A DNA stretch of 64,000 nucleotides. It comes from Phoronis australis. Lineage: Eukaryota; Animalia; Phoronida. Each line of letters opens with the position of its first letter. Within the stretch, counting starts at the first letter, position 1. Of the stretch, positions 1 through 15,500 are shown one piece after another. The stretch is from assembly GCA_002633005.1 (NCBI GenBank), contig NMRA01000440.1, positions 157,786 through 221,785 on the forward strand, written 5' to 3'. The notes under the pieces are model-generated. The model ran no database searches. It had not been told where the DNA came from and worked only from the letters and a program-made list of their open reading frames with translations. The position numbers were made by a program, and so were the translations under genes.

Positions 1-511
1 TTCATTCAGCCAACCGAGTTACTAAATGCCATGCTAACTTAAGTGTTGTCAACAAAATGTGGATCCTAGAACAAGTTACTCATGAAATGCGTTGTTCCAA
101 AGTTTAACTATAGTGGTACTAATAGCACTCTGAATACTATTGGTGTGAGGGCAACTTGACATGTGCCTGACAAATTACTCCACCTTATCAAGATAGAGCA
201 ACATGTTCCAGGTAGCTTCAGTGCAAATCATAGTGTGGACGCAAACCTGCAGACAAGGTAGACCCAAGAACGAGTTACCCATGGAAAAATTGTCTCAAAG
301 TTTAGAAGCAGTAGTGATAGCAGTGTAAATACTATCTGTGCAAGAGCAACACAAACCTGCAAACAATGTGGAGTTCATTTCCGGTTGTGTGTTAGCTCAG
401 TTATATGCATAGGGATTGTCGAATCATTTTTGCACGGTGTGTGGTGTGAACGCTCGGTTGAATGTTGCAAGTTGGACTAGAGCAAATTGTTCAAATGTGC
501 ACCTGACTTAA

Positions 512-885
512 AGCCTAACTTCAACGGAATTTTGTTATTTTAGATGTATTGGGCTCACCAGATAGTCCTAGCAAAGCCTTAGTAAAATAAGAAATGAGAG
601 TTCAATCAGTCAAATGATAGCTGTCTTTTCATGCCATATTGCGTCACCTGGAGATCCCAGCACAAACAAAAGGCCGATAACAATTGTAGTGAATTGGAGT
701 CTGATGTTAGTCACAATTGTTTGAATTAAAAGGCGATTCTTTCCGTGACTGACATAAACATAAGCAAGCCAATATGCCTAACAGTTCATTACACTTGGCA
801 ATTTATGGCACTAGTAGACTCAGAGCGACGCTTTTAACATACTGTAGGAACCAAATTTACAGGTGTTACCAGTTCAAAATAGGCT
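512..885. mobile_element. Non-autonomous TTAA-flanked DNA transposon (Kolobok-like)
   Basis: Ends read ttaa|agccta ... taggct|ttaa. A diverged inverted partial copy lies at 6073-6309. Confidence 0.6.
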
Positions 886-2248
886 TTAAGTAAAGCATAC
901 ACAAGGCAGATGGTACAAACTGTCACACCTGTACATCTATCATACACAAATCAATAGCTCAGAGGACTGGCTTCCAAGTCACTGAGATGCCATCTCCAGT
1001 TAGGAGCCCACACATCAGGTCACAAGGTCAGTGACCTGGGCTGTCATGCTTAAAAATCCACTGATCTATGAAAGCACATGCAGGCCTCATCACAATATGC
1101 AATCTGATGGGCATCCTCACAAAACAAAGACTAGTAATCTGTGTCCAGCTGCAGGGTTTCATATTTAAATGTTTTTGTGGTACAAGAAGAGTAAGGCAGT
1201 AATAAAATGTCTATTTAAATAAAATATAATAAATGATGCAGTAAACTTGGCTGAACTAATCTGTAAACATTTACCAAATACAAAAATACTATTTGTCTCA
1301 GTGAGAAATGCAAAAAAACAACCTATCAGAGTCGTCAAAAGCATTTTCATTCAAAAGTTTGTTGATATTTCTAACACTGCTGCCAGTCTGACCAGTGTCA
1401 CCAGGGGCAAGGAATATTAAAAACTGCGCTAAGAAAGAACTTTTTGCGAAGTAAATTTCTTATTTACGGAATGACTGACGATTGATCTACTTGAGCAACA
1501 GCAAAACGGCCGATAATATCAAAAAAGTAGTCGTCATTTCAAACAAATTTCTAAATTTTTGACAGTCTTTCCCAATTCTGGCTGTCCCATCAAACCCGAC
1601 CAAAATAAAATTCTGTCCGTCCTAAAGACGGATACTATATTAACCCCTGTGATGAATCTGCGGTAGTCGACTGTTAACAGAATAATCCACGCGCAAGCGT
1701 GCCTCACAATGCCTGCTGTGATAAGTCTTTTCATCCACCTTGGTCATTGTTCAATATGAAAATTGCCGGCTAGCAGCTCTCGCCAGTTGACAAAAATAAA
1801 TTGGGCGTCCAAAAATTATGCTTGATGTGAAACCGAGCATCCAAAATCGGGTTGGGGCATCCTCCTAAAAGCATCCAAATTGGACACTGGACATTTGTGG
1901 ATCTGGCTGTTTAGCTTGGTTCAGCAGGCCAACCCAGCACAACTGCTTGCAGTGCACATGAACAATGCAATAATAAGACCATGATACAGTTGACCTTCAA
2001 TACAGCCTTCTCTCTTCTCATCACTGGTTCACAAGAACAATAAGGCTACTCCAGGCTACGCTGTCCATCTTAATGAAATCAATTATGAGCCACCATGTTT
2101 TTTCAACTCAAGGCAAAACCCGGAAAAATGCCTCAGAGCAGAATTATTTGGCACCTTGATTAACAGTTCAGATTGATAGCTGTGTTTTACAAATATGTTG
2201 GCATACTAGATGGAACATGCAAGTGGTATGTACTGCACTACATAGCCA

Positions 2249-2577
2249 ACAGCACTAACCAGAACAATGTTCATGGTCACACTTACAGCACTAATCAGAA
2301 CAATGTTCATGGTCACACTTACAGCACTAATCAGAACAATGTTCATGGTCACACTTACAGCACTAATCAGAACAATGTTCATGGTCACACTTACAGCACT
2401 AATCAGAACAATGTTCATGGTCACACTTACAGCACTAATCAGAACAATGTTCATGATCACAATGACAGCACTAATCAGAACAATGTTCATGGTCACACTC
2501 ACAGCAATAATCAGAACACTGTTCATGGTCACACTTACAGCACTAATCAGAACACTGTTCATGGTCACACTTACAGC
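2249..2577. repeat. 36-bp minisatellite, about 9 copies
   Basis: Unit acagcactaatcagaacaatgttcatggtcacactt. Confidence 0.95.
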
Positions 2578-3293
2578 CAAGTAACATTAACAATGACTAG
2601 TTACCGTTTAAATCATTTCGAATATTCCAATTGTTCTCAGCGCTTCGCAGTATAATGTTCCCCAGATAAATGCAAGACTCTTCTCTGTGTATCTAGTGTC
2701 ACCCAGTCCAATTGATGAACTCTTGTTTGCAGCTGCTTTGACAAGCCCACATTTATTCAAATTCTTGCAACCCACGTCAAAATGATCAATTTCTAGCATT
2801 AAAGAAAGTGTCAGATCGTCATTCCAACACAGGAAGTCTGAGTAGTCTGTTCACTATTTGTTCAGCACGACACACCCTTAACCCTTTGTTCAATCTTAGT
2901 CATTTTCTTTACATTAAGCCTTATTTGAGTATTTGAGTACTTGTTCAGGTAGACACACACACCTGTTTTCGCTGTCATTCATTTTTTAGAGTATGCCTCA
3001 TTTGCATAAAAACAAGCCAGTGAAGACACTGTTTACAAACTGGCAATAGTTTTACTCCGTCAACAATTAAGGGCACATTAAATGAAACTTTTTTTCAGTC
3101 ATTTTTTTTTGCAACTACTTTTGTGCAAAGCAACACTCAAACAAGAACTAAGCTTTGATTATGAAAGTTTGAAGTAATGTGTCTGGGACTGAACAGTCAT
3201 TTAGGTTTAGCGCGTAGGCTTCAGAAACACTAGTCCAAAAAAGTAGTTCAGAAACAAGGCCACATAAGTTTGGACAATGAATGCTGGACTTAC

Positions 3294-3521
3294 CTTCAGC
3301 AAAGTATCGATGACTTGAGTGGCATTGGTGACCACAACGTTAGCTGCGTGGGCCGAGATGTTGTCACTAGTGGAAGCAGCGGTCAACAGATGTGACGAGA
3401 TCTCAGTGACCAGGGTTAACATGTCTTCGGACACGAACTGCTGTTGGATGGACAGTTCCAGCATACGACGACCCAGGAGTCTCAACAAAGTGGCAGCCTC
3501 AAGGAGGAACATCTCACTCAA
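3294..3521 (-). CDS. PKD1L1-like exon (helical region)
   Basis: Acceptor cccgtttag, donor gtaagt. Encodes LSEMFLLEAATLLRLLG...VVVTNATQVIDTLLK. 228 nt, phase 0/0. Confidence 0.87.
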
Positions 3522-6500
3522 CTAAACGGGAGTGGCATGAAATGGCATGTTGTTGAATGATAAACATCACATTTTATAATTTACAACACAAGTGCACAAA
3601 ATAATGACAACGTGCTGACATTGACATAAAGCAACACCACACTGCAGCTCATAATTTAAAACAAAACTTGATGGAGAACAATCAACTCCTGTATAATCTA
3701 TCAATTTACTAATGAAACCCCTAACAAAACAATTGTACTAAAACGCAGCAGACTTAGTTCCTTCATACATGTGCTGCATGAATCGTGGTGCCGAAAGGTT
3801 ATATTAAGAAATCAACTTAATAAAGCATGACGTGGCGATGGTGGCGTTCACATGATCCAATGTATGAAGTAAACATGCGATACACGTGCACTTTCTTACT
3901 AACGGTAACATTTTAGTTCATTTAGGATATTACACACCTCATTTGGTACAGCTGTTGTCCACAGGAGGGCGCTGGCAGTCTGAAGAACTTCATACTGAAA
4001 GCAGAAGTTTTAAAACTAAAAACCATTTACACATGTCCAAGAGATTGAAAACCATTCTTTAAGCAATGGTAATGGCGGATCATCAATCATTCCATTTTCA
4101 TAGACACCCCCTGGTGGTCAATGAATAAACTGCTTAAAAGTGATGTCCCATTTATACCTATTGGGTGACACACTTAGTCTTCAGGCTCTCAACCAGTCTC
4201 AAGCTGCTATTCAAACCACTTGCTAAGTGAGATGACTTGTGGACATATGTAGCTAGACAAGTGGCTCAGTTATCTCACAAACAATGTGGCCATCTGTAGC
4301 TAGGCAAGTAGCTCACAGTTATCACACTAACTGTGTGGCCATCTGTAGCTAGGCAAGTAGCTCACAGTTATCACACTAACAGTGTAGCCATCTGTAGCTA
4401 TACAAGTGGCTCACAGTTATCACACTAACAGTGTGGCCATCTGTAGCTATACAAGTGGCTCACAGTTATCACACTAACAGTGTGGCCATCTGTAGCTATA
4501 CAAGTGGCTCACAGTTATCACACTAACAGTGTGGCCATCTGTAGCTATACAAGTGGCTCACAGTTATCACACTAACAGGGTGGCCATCTGTAGCTATACA
4601 AGTAGCTCACAGTTATCACACTAACAGGGTGGCCAATGTTAGCACTAGGCTTGGCTCACTAATACAATTCAACCAGGATGGACACTCAATCCACATGCCA
4701 AGCCATTTAAGATGTCATTTTAAGTGATGGTTTGCACAAAAATAACCAAGTCATATCCTATCAATAACTCTAACTTTGACAGGTTAATAAATCCTGATGA
4801 GAGCCAGGTAAACTGGTGAAATTGGCAAATTAGATGGCTTTAGAATTGTAGCCCATAAACTGCAGGTGGTTGGTTGAGGACCAAAATACAGATAGTATGA
4901 CAGTGACAAAATGCAGATGAGGGGGCAGTAATAAAATGTAGATAGCCGGACGATGACGAAATGTAGATGGTGGACGGTGGCAAAATGTAGATGGTGGACG
5001 GTGGCAAAATGTAGATGGTAGACGGTGGCAAAATGTAGATGGTGGACGGTGGCAAAATACAGATTGTGGAACGGTAAACAAAAGGAAATGGCAGAGGCAG
5101 TGATAAAATGGAGATTGCTGGATGGTGACAAAAGGTTGATGGCGGGACGACGACATAATGCAGATCTTGCGGTGGTGATTGCACAACTACAAATGTAGAG
5201 TTTGCAACCTACATACAACACACACTTAGCTTGTTTATCAGTGGTCACATATGGCCATCTTTATCTCCCAAGACATATCACCATAGAAACAAGATGAAGA
5301 GAAATGACCAGCCAGTTCTAAAGATATTTTATCAACTGTCATTGTTTTATGCTAGCATTATGGTAAACACGTTAACGAGTAGTAACAACGCCCCCTCTTT
5401 ACCACAACACAATTCATATACTGATCAAACGTTAAAAATGCTGAAGCCTGAGGTCAAAATGTCAGTGAAATCTGACCTTGTGACACATGACACAACTTGA
5501 CACCAGTAAAGATTGTACAACTGAAGCAGCCTAATTGAGTGCTTGCTGTGTACAACACATGGCTGATGGTTCACCCAGTAGATGCCTTGGTCTGCTTTAC
5601 TTAAGCAGATAGACAATAGTGAGCATATGGCACTTCAAAATGTATGACAAGATCAAATAATGAAATTACCATGAGAGTGATTGAGTGAAGGGCAAGGTCT
5701 ATTAGAAGCGTATTACAATAGGCTGATTGAGGTCAAGGACAACACTGTATAACTACCTGAGCTACTTTACACAGGGAAAGTCATTAATGAGTAAGACCAG
5801 GTGACACAAGACTAACCAAAATGATGACTGAAAGTCTTGAGTTTCTAGAGAAAGCTCAGTTATATTACACTTTGTGAGAAACCTAGTAAACAGCTAGATA
5901 TCAAGTGCATCATTCATTTAATTCTGGACTAAAGGATATGTAGGACCTTACTTTCCAATATTTAATTCTGGACTAAAGGATACGTAGGGCCTTACTTTCC
6001 AATATTTAATTTTTTGCAAAATTGAATCCCTATGAGGATAATTGTTTTATCTTCAATTCTAGCCGACTTTAAAGCCTATTTTGGATAGTAACACATGTTC
6101 ATTTGGTTCCTACAGTATGTTAAGAGCATCGCTCAAGCCCACCAGTGCCATATATTGTCAAATGTAATGGACTGTAAGGCGTATTGGCTTGCTTTTGTCT
6201 AGGTCATCCTGAGAATCACCTTTCAAACAGCTGTGAATAACACCCACAATGTTCAGACCCTCATTCAACACAAATGTTGTCGGCCCTTTGTTGTTTGTGC
6301 TGGGATCTCTCCCTAAGGGTGGTTAGTTCCATTTTGCACACAAGTTCGACATAATTGAATAATTAATGAGTGTTAATGGGTAAAGTGTGGATATTTGCCA
6401 ACAACAACGTTCTGGTGAAAGTGGCCGTTTGTGATTCAGGTGAGTACCCCACAATTAGTGATTCAGGGCCCAGTTGCATAAAAGTTATACGCGTATAGCA

Positions 6501-9500
6501 ACAATGACGTCACAATATCACACGCCATGTTGTTATTGTTGAACAATGCACCTGACGTCATGCAACAAACTTATTCCGCGGATGAGTTTGGAAGCCCAGG
6601 TGAGTACCATATATTGTCAGGTAAAACTCTACCGATGGACATTCAACAAGAAACTCAAACTTTTAGGAAGTCTCAACCATACTTTGAATTTGGGGGTCAC
6701 AATAAAATAAAACAGTTCTTAATTTGGAGGGTGGGTGGATGTTGAGAGAAACATAGGTATTAACCCATATAAGTATGTTACAACATTTAATATGACAAAA
6801 ATCAGCACTTTCGAAACAAAAAATCTGATCATTAATCAACAACCAGTCATGTGATTCCCTGATCTGCTCAGTCTGCAGGAACAGATCTCTAGCGCAGATG
6901 CAACTTTATCAACTTTGTATTTGTTGTAGATAAAATTCTCAAGACAATTGCCAATTTGACTTTCAACAAGGGTTGGTCAGCACTCTTTTTCACTATGGTT
7001 ATTAAGGATTTTGATAAGCTTGACTACCTTTCTGCTCTACTACACACTGACAAGGCAGTGCTTATGGTAGTTGCCAGTCAATGTTAATGCAAATTCGCTC
7101 CTCCAAGCCTCCATACCTCATCTCTGTACGGGAAAGCAGCCAGACTAGTTATCAGCGCCTCCCTGAGTAGACGACGCACATCAAGGCCAGCCTCACTTCT
7201 GTCCAGGTGGTTCATCTGTGTGGCCAGAAGCCGTACTTGTGTCTTAACTCGCCGCCCATCCCTCTGCAGTTGGTAAGCCAGTAACTTGCTCCCACTACCA
7301 AACACTTTGCCATATCTGTAGTGAACAGAGAGAAAAAAGAACTTGAGCAAAGTGTGAGGCAACAGATGGCTAACACCCCAGGATCAATACATGGTCCAGG
7401 GCCACACACTCAGTCACACCAAAAGCTTGTTCAGTCACTGCAAGTTTAGATGGATGTCCTAAATTAAATGTTACTATTTTTGTAGCAGTCCCTGCTAACA
7501 TGCTGCACAGTACAACGGTTTCTCATTTCAAGTCATTGGTCTGGGTTTCACTTTCAGTTGAATCCCCACTTCATCCCAAGTGTACATAATTCACACCTCA
7601 GCACAAGCATAGCTCACCATCAAACATACATACAAATGCCATCTTTCCTACACAACTCCTGCAGGCAGCGCTGAGCTACAAAACAAATACCAATGAGAAA
7701 GATAGTAAGGATATTGATCCAGAACTACTCGACCATACCACAAAATACTATGACAGATGAAGCCTACAGATATACTTACAGCTAACCACATGAATCCCTG
7801 ATCTAATTCATCACACCCACCCTTGTTCTCGCGCATAAAACAACAGCCAAGAGCACTGTCAAATATTTGAGCAGGAAGCCTGCAACAGTTACATTTTTCT
7901 AAACACAATTAGCGCACAGACAGTGTGGCACCACCTCCGACCAGTGCCTGTCATGTGATATGTGAACCCACTTTTTTACCCCTCCACAGCCTGGCCTAAT
8001 GAGGGCTTTCATTATACACTCCAGAATACCCCGAGAGACGAGAATATCCTGGAGAGACACAGCAGAGGATGAAGCAAGAATTTAATGGGATAAAGCAACA
8101 TCATTGGATAAAATGACAAAAACAGAACCATTTGACAACATCTTCTGTGACCTAGATACCAGAAAATAGAGATGTTTACACCTAGTTTAAAGTGATTCAC
8201 CCACAATAGAAACCATTTGAACTTATTTATTACTATACTGGAAATTCATTGGTTTTGTAATACCGTAATTTTCCACGTATTGACCGCACAATATGGCTGA
8301 CAAGTGCAATTCTCTTTTGTCAAATTTCTCTACAAAAAGATAAAGATGAAGAAAACTTTAGTCTATAACGCGCATCATGTTTGTACTGTGCAGCTGTCAT
8401 GAAACAACTTTAGTTACAATTTCCATTACGTACAGTAAAGTAACCAGCTTTTGAAAATATGTCAATTTTGTCAATTATTATTTGTGAAATAAGTAGAGAA
8501 CCCCAATAGAGGTGAGCTTTTGACCAAGCGGGTCTTTCACACAAAGTAATACACTTCACTGGTATCCATTACAAGTCAGTTTTAACCAAAGGGGTCTTTC
8601 ACACACAACAACACACTTCACTATTCTTTACAAGTCAGTTTTTGGCCATGCCTATCTCATTATACGGTTAAGTCGCGCGATTTTCGGACGGCATGCCATT
8701 TTCGACCAAGAATAAATATTTCCGAAATGAGTTTTTCATAGTCCACGAAATTCATACAAGGTCCAAAAACTGTTTTTCAATGATCCTCGAATTTCGGACA
8801 TTGTTATAAACGTCGGATTTTTGTTCGGGACTTTCGGACAAGGAAAATTTTAGTAACGCTAATTTGGGATCGACGCAACTCCCGTGTCACTGAAGCGTTC
8901 AACAAATGATTACTACCATTTGTGTCTCATTTACCTGCAATTATACTGCTATCAAATGACCGAGCCAGCAATGTTGATACTACGACCGCTCATCGAAATA
9001 ATGTACACCCACGAAATTTGGACACTAGCGGAAATCCAAATTTGGAGGTCCGCCAAATTCGGAGACCACAAAAATGATGTTTCGCGAGAATCGTCCAAGA
9101 AAGAATTTTTTCAATTGGAATTAATTTTCAGTGTCCGAAAATCGTGCGACTTTACCGTAGTGGAGATCTTTCCTTATGATTGATAGTCTACTCTCTAAAT
9201 CACCAATCCATGGACAACCTTATCCACAACAAAAGAGGATTAACTAACAAGAACACTTGGCTGGGAAAATGAAAATTAATTGAAAATTTATTGAAAGGGC
9301 ATTATGGAGTTTGTTCACACCTGTTACCTGGAAGGCATGCGTGTGAATAGGTTGGCCAACTGTTACATAGGAGGAGAAAGGCAGAGAAAACAGAGAACAG
9401 AAGGTTGAAGAGTTGTAGACTGGCATCATTGTGTGCAATGTTTGTCCTGTGTTTCTCAATCAACAACAACATATGGATGTATAAGCACACAACATGGGCG

Positions 9501-12500
9501 GTAACTAACAAACGGCTGCCAATACAGTCAATATCAACTATCAACCATCTATCGAAGTGCAGAGCTTGTGTTGAAACAAGTCTTCAAATCTGGGTGGAGT
9601 CCAACAAACTCCATTCCTACGAGAAACTAATCTATCAGAGCCCAGTCCTAAACAGTAGTAATGCATTTCGAATCTCCCCCCCCCCACACACACAGGCNNN
9701 NNNNNNNNNNNNNNNNNNNNNNNNNNNNNNNNNNNNNNNNNNNNNNNNNNNNNNNNNNNNNNNNNNNNNNNNNNNNNNNNNNNNNNNNNNNNNNNNNNNN
9801 NNNNNNNNNNNNNNNNNNNNNNNNNNNNNNNNNNNNNNNNNNNNNNNNNNNNNNNNNNNNNNNNNNNNNNNNNNNNNNNNNNNNNNNNNNNNNNNNNNNN
9901 NNNNNNNNNNNNNNNNNNNNNNNNNNNNNNNNNNNNNNNNNNNNNNNNNNNNNNNNNNNNNNNNNNNNNNNNNNNNNNNNNNNNNNNNNNNNNNNNNNNN
10001 NNNNNNNNNNNNNNNNNNNNNNNNNGTAACAATGGCGACACCCAGGTGTATTCAAGGGACTTCAATGTTTGATGCCCTACTCCAACTGGCTTGGAAACAT
10101 GACCTAGGTCACTTATACTGAAACACCTGGGTTGTCAAATGGCTGGATCCCACACACAACAGACACTCCTCAATAACATTGTTATTTGCAACTGTGACAC
10201 AGAGTGGAAATGAGCCAAAAAGTGAAACTGGTATCATGCCCCAACTAAGCCAAAGTCAAAAAGAGCACAAACATCTGTTTGAAATCGAAACGCTTAGTAT
10301 GCCAGCATTCTGTATAATACATAGAGTGGTTTTTATTGACAAATGATGGCGAGCTATGAAAACTATTCCCCTCTCAGTCAACTAGCATAGACAGCAGGGA
10401 AACACTGTTCTGCGTTTAGCAAGTAACTCATCAGTTTATTTACCTGCTCACTGATAACCACAAACATAGAAATCAGTGATAAAACTGACAGGTGGTTTGC
10501 TCAAGATCAACACTAAACACTTCACAGCAGATTCACTAGTTCACTCACACCTGTGTGCTGGGGTGCACTCAACTGAAGGTAAGCACTCAGTTCAGAGTGG
10601 TAATATACACCCATTCCATGGGTCAAGTGATGAAACTGTGATTGTCATGCACATTGTGGAATGTGTCCTTACTCAATACTGGTGCAACAAGCCTGCATTA
10701 TGCATACACAACACACAGCCTAACACTTCCAACAGTTGCCACTCCATGTCACATTGACACTCTATTGATTGGTTCCTCAATGAGCACAGATGGAAATATT
10801 CCAGAGTCCGTCCTAAGGGATGACAGTGTGCAGTTGGTGAAATGATCCTGGAGTTTGCCTCCTCCCCTGTGAATGCATAAGGCCACTCATCTCTATTCAC
10901 ACACACACAACTAACTGATAACAACTTGAGATAACATGCAAGTCCTGCAGCTTATTACACTGCAGTACTACTCTCCACCAATCAGATGCCAGTAATCTGT
11001 CCAGGTTGACCAATAGCCAGCCAATGTCATTCACTCTTTGTTTGTCAGTCATCTCACCAAGAGGTGCTGGCCTCAACTCTTGCAGAACATAGGAGGTAAT
11101 CCACAAGCTGAAGGTGATCAGCCATACAGACTATACACAATATGACAGGCTCCTCCAATAATACTTAAGTGTCACCGCCATGAAGAATTTCTTAATTCAT
11201 AATAAATTAGAAGGAACTATAAAGAGAACAAACCAACTGGTATCGGAGTAGGCGGAAAACTCACAAATTCACAATAAATTAGCCATGAATGAAATGGCCA
11301 ATTATTAGCTAGGTAATGCCCACCAGGTCACTATAGTGTGGTGAAAGTGTATCCAGGTAACTAAGTAGGTATGTTGCTATGACATCCATGTCCAGGGATT
11401 TCAAGTTCAATCAGAACCCTCATGGTTAAAACATGGCTGACAGTCAACAGTAGGATATCCAGCTGTGTCTATATTGAACACAGCTTTCCATTCTATTGGT
11501 CTACATCCTTCCAAGTACAGTATCCTAACTCAAATTTACTCACTTGACTTGACTGAGTAGAACACCTATTTTTAGAAAGAAGGCTATATGGAAAAACCAT
11601 TCCAAAGCTAACACTTGCCAGTTCATGAACAGAGATAGTCTATATTACCATTGGGACTAACCCACAGGAATTTATCCGCTCTGGTTCGTGATAAGCTTTC
11701 TCGACAGATATTCCAACTTGACCATGCTTTAGTAATTTTCTATGAGGTAAAATGTCATGTGTTAATTTTTCAACAGACTCTCATTAAGTATTCCTCATCC
11801 CTTTAGGACCAGTTCACTGTTAAGTAAGCCAATACAAATAGTACGGCAAACATATAACAGCCAGGACACACAGTCAGACCTTCTGTTGATCTCACACACT
11901 ATTAGCAGCCTTTACATAAGCAGCCCCCATAGTAATGGTGAAATTACAGAGCAAGCTAACTTGCTCAGTAATTAACATGGATACTTACCCATTACATATA
12001 AAAGTTGACAATCATGCACTGGCAAAATGAGCTGGTGTTGTAGGAATCCTAAGAGATGCGCATTGCAAGCGCAAAGAATCAGAACGTAGAGTTGCCTGTC
12101 AACTGCTCTATTTTTACACGTGCCTCTGTCACCATGATCAATTCCACGGTCATCCAGTTATCTCATAGCTTTTTATAGTAAATCAAACACAGGAAATGAT
12201 GGGAATCTTCCCAGCCAATCATTTATAGGCCCTAACATCATTAAACCTTCACCCACACAACCAGCAATAAAAAAATCACCAAAGCGTAAAACAACCACGC
12301 AACACAGGTTAATGCAGCACGCATTTCTACATTAAAAGGCAACTCCTAAGATCAATGCTGTAACATGGTGAAATGCATGTTTCACATCCAAAAATGCATA
12401 ATTACGTCACAGAAATTCATGGCATATATGACTGTTGAAGCCTTTCTCAGTGCCTCACAGGTGACGCTGCACACAGCACATTGTTGTAACCATCGTCACA

Positions 12501-15500
12501 GTTAATAGCAGATTTTTCTTGCCAGACGAATTCACAAGAACAAGGAAATCTATGTGGATCTGCCAAACTGTGATTAGGAGACTTATGACCTCAGCAGTTT
12601 ATGTGTTGTGCATAACGCCACCTATAGGGCACGCAGTCAATATTTGCCGAAAATTTATGCAAGCTAATTCTGTATTTCTAAATAGAACAATTAGCAATTC
12701 ATTAGCTGGCATAATTCCTAACACCAATAAACTTGGTCACCATTCCATCAGTCCACTGTTCACCCCTGCCTACAAATGCTCTGGATCAACTGGAAAGGCC
12801 TACCTGGTGCATTTGACACCATAAGTTTTGAATGAAGTGACTGTCTGTAAATGAAGCCAGATGCTACAAACAAGAATGGTTGATTAAACAAGTGATAGAC
12901 TAGGATGGCAACAAACAGGTCCACAAGACAACAAAGGAGCACCAACCAGGTCAAGGTGTGGTCACTAATGTCTCCCTGATCTTTTAATGAGTTGTGTCAA
13001 CTGTGCCAGGCTATGAACACTGTTTGAACAGGTCAGTCAAACAGCACAGGTAAGAGCCAATAATGCAGGAATCAGGTGAGTTGTCACCACAGTAAACAGG
13101 GCAAGGTGAATAACAAGTGCTGGTTGAAGATTGGGTAAACACTACACTGCTACACTTGGACTAAATAGCTCATGTCTGTAAGATGCCAACAATCCTTGGA
13201 CAAGTTAGGTGAAGAGGGTAGTACCGATATGTTTTGAGACCACATTAAAATGTTTATCATGTCAATGTTTTACAGTGGTCAAGGCTGATTTCTTCCCAGC
13301 AGACCATGGCACGGCAACTCAGGACGTTTCCTTATAATTCTAGATCCACGTACTGGTGTCCGCGTTCTCAGAACTGAAGACAGCATGACAATATATAATG
13401 AATTTCTTTTCTCATTTTCTAAATGTAATTAAATTCCTTGGAATATTTATCAATGAAATTTCGCTCAAATTCCAAAGCAGATGATATCCCATAATGCGAA
13501 GCCAATGAACTACATTTTGAATGGTGTACCATACTTCTAAACTAAATTCAACTAATTCATCACAAAAGAAAATGCCCTTTATGTACATTATATAATATAC
13601 TGGTACTTCCAATATGTCTTATTAGTCTGATTTTGCGCTCTCAAATATTTCTATCATTTACCATATTTTTGTCTCGGTAGCTACACTTGTATATGAGAAC
13701 CATGTCAACTGAAGACAATTACCCAGCATGCTTCTCAGCAAACCTCTCATTGCTGCCAGTGACACAGTATTGCACCACTGGTCAATACTGCATCGGTGAT
13801 CAATATCCAACTAAAGCAATGATAGCCCTTCACATGAACAGGGAGACATGGTGATTCAGTTATAAACCACCTAGTGTTATCCTTTGAGCAAACAAACCCT
13901 GAGAAGAAGAAAGAATGTAAAATAAGCTGATATCATGGCAACCATCAACAGAAAATAATAGCAACTCCATGGACTAGATCCAACAGTAACCCCCACCCAC
14001 ACACCTTACCTTAAATATACATCACTTTCCCCTTTTCAAGCACTCACTGCAAAGTACGATGTTCGTGCGTATAATTGTGTGATACTCCTATATATAACAG
14101 GGCTTGGAATGACCAATGACAAAAAACGCGGAACTTTGAAACATTTACGGCTGCAGAGCGGTAGTATTTGTCGCCGCGCTTAACAATAACACGACCAGAC
14201 GCCATTGAAAATCCCACCACGCTGTCCCAGAAGCCCCGGCAATGTTGACAATTTACGGCAACTTCCGCTTTTCGAGGTGAACGTCGTCTGCAACGCCGCG
14301 GTAAGAAAGGAATTTGCCGCGGAAATTTTATATCAAATCCGATTTTTTTACACAAAAATATTATAAAAAAAGCGGAAAGCACATTTGAAAAAAGCGGAAA
14401 TCCGCGTTTCCGCGGAAAATTCCAAGCCCTGATATAAAAACCATGGTGAGAAAGAGGGACTATTTTCTCCTTTTTTTCTGTAAGTTTGCTAAGAAATTGC
14501 ACTAAATATAATTTAAATATTTATGTTTGCTAAGAAATATGACTATAATTTCAATTGTTCCCATTTGTCTTTCGTATGAACATCTCAGCTGCCACAGGGG
14601 TGGAGGTGCAACACAAGGACTATGTATCAGCACCTGCTGACACTCATGCCTGGTTGACTGTGGGACAACTGTACCTTGTTTGTGGGAGGTTAATCACCTC
14701 CATTAACACACAAGGCATGGCCACCTGAACAGGGGCGCCTAGGTGAACACTTTAAACAAGACACTTCTCTTATGAAAGAGTTGACAATCCTTGCCTAAAC
14801 AGACAAGGGCGCCTGAGGTTTCTGTTGCCAAGGACGTGGGATAAGGTGCTAAAGAGTGTCCCGCGCTAACTGTGCTGTGGATCACATGACGAGTCGCATG
14901 ACACCTCAGTGGCCTTATCAAGTCCTCGAGAGGAGGACGCAACGTAGCCTACTCAATAAACTGTACGTCCAGTAATTCATTTATATTTTTTTCAACATAT
15001 TATTGCCCAACTAGATGACTTCTCCAACACGAAACATTACTCTAGAATAACTCACAGGCACCCACATAACAAAAACATGAGTCAGAAGGGGGGAAATTTC
15101 AAGTTCATTATTTCAAACACATTAATTTAACTAGAAAGAAAATCAGAAGAAAACCCATTTTACATGCTATAGTTGATGTTCTGGCCACTAAGAGTAGAAG
15201 TTAGCACAGAAAAACATGCCAACTGTGCTTAACCTTGAGTGAAGAATATACAGAACAAAACATGGTAATTCAGCACTTTGGTACTATAACTGAGAAAATA
15301 CCACAACACAAGAAACAAAACACCAGAAAATTTATGCAGAGCACACTTTAGACCACTAAACACAAGCGCAATATGTGGCTATATCACAATCACACTATGA
15401 GTTACCATGGATACAGGCAGTTTCTGGGACTCCATCAATATAAGAATAAGGGAAAAGTAGTGAACAACATAGTAATCCTGCTAACTTGCACACTTTGCCT

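Noticed and set aside
184-246. Candidate next minus-strand exon (VCVHTMICTEATWNMLLYLDK)
   Set aside because: The phase fits, but the donor is weak (gtggag), the peptide does not resemble polycystin, and it lies in a degenerate tandem duplication at about 1-370.
2173-2655. His/Asn-rich 160-aa ORF and overlapping ORFs
   Set aside because: They arise from a stop-free 36-bp minisatellite that is open in several frames on both strands, with no independent coding evidence.
9405-10121. Long ORFs of 122-238 aa
   Set aside because: These are artefacts of reading through the N gap.
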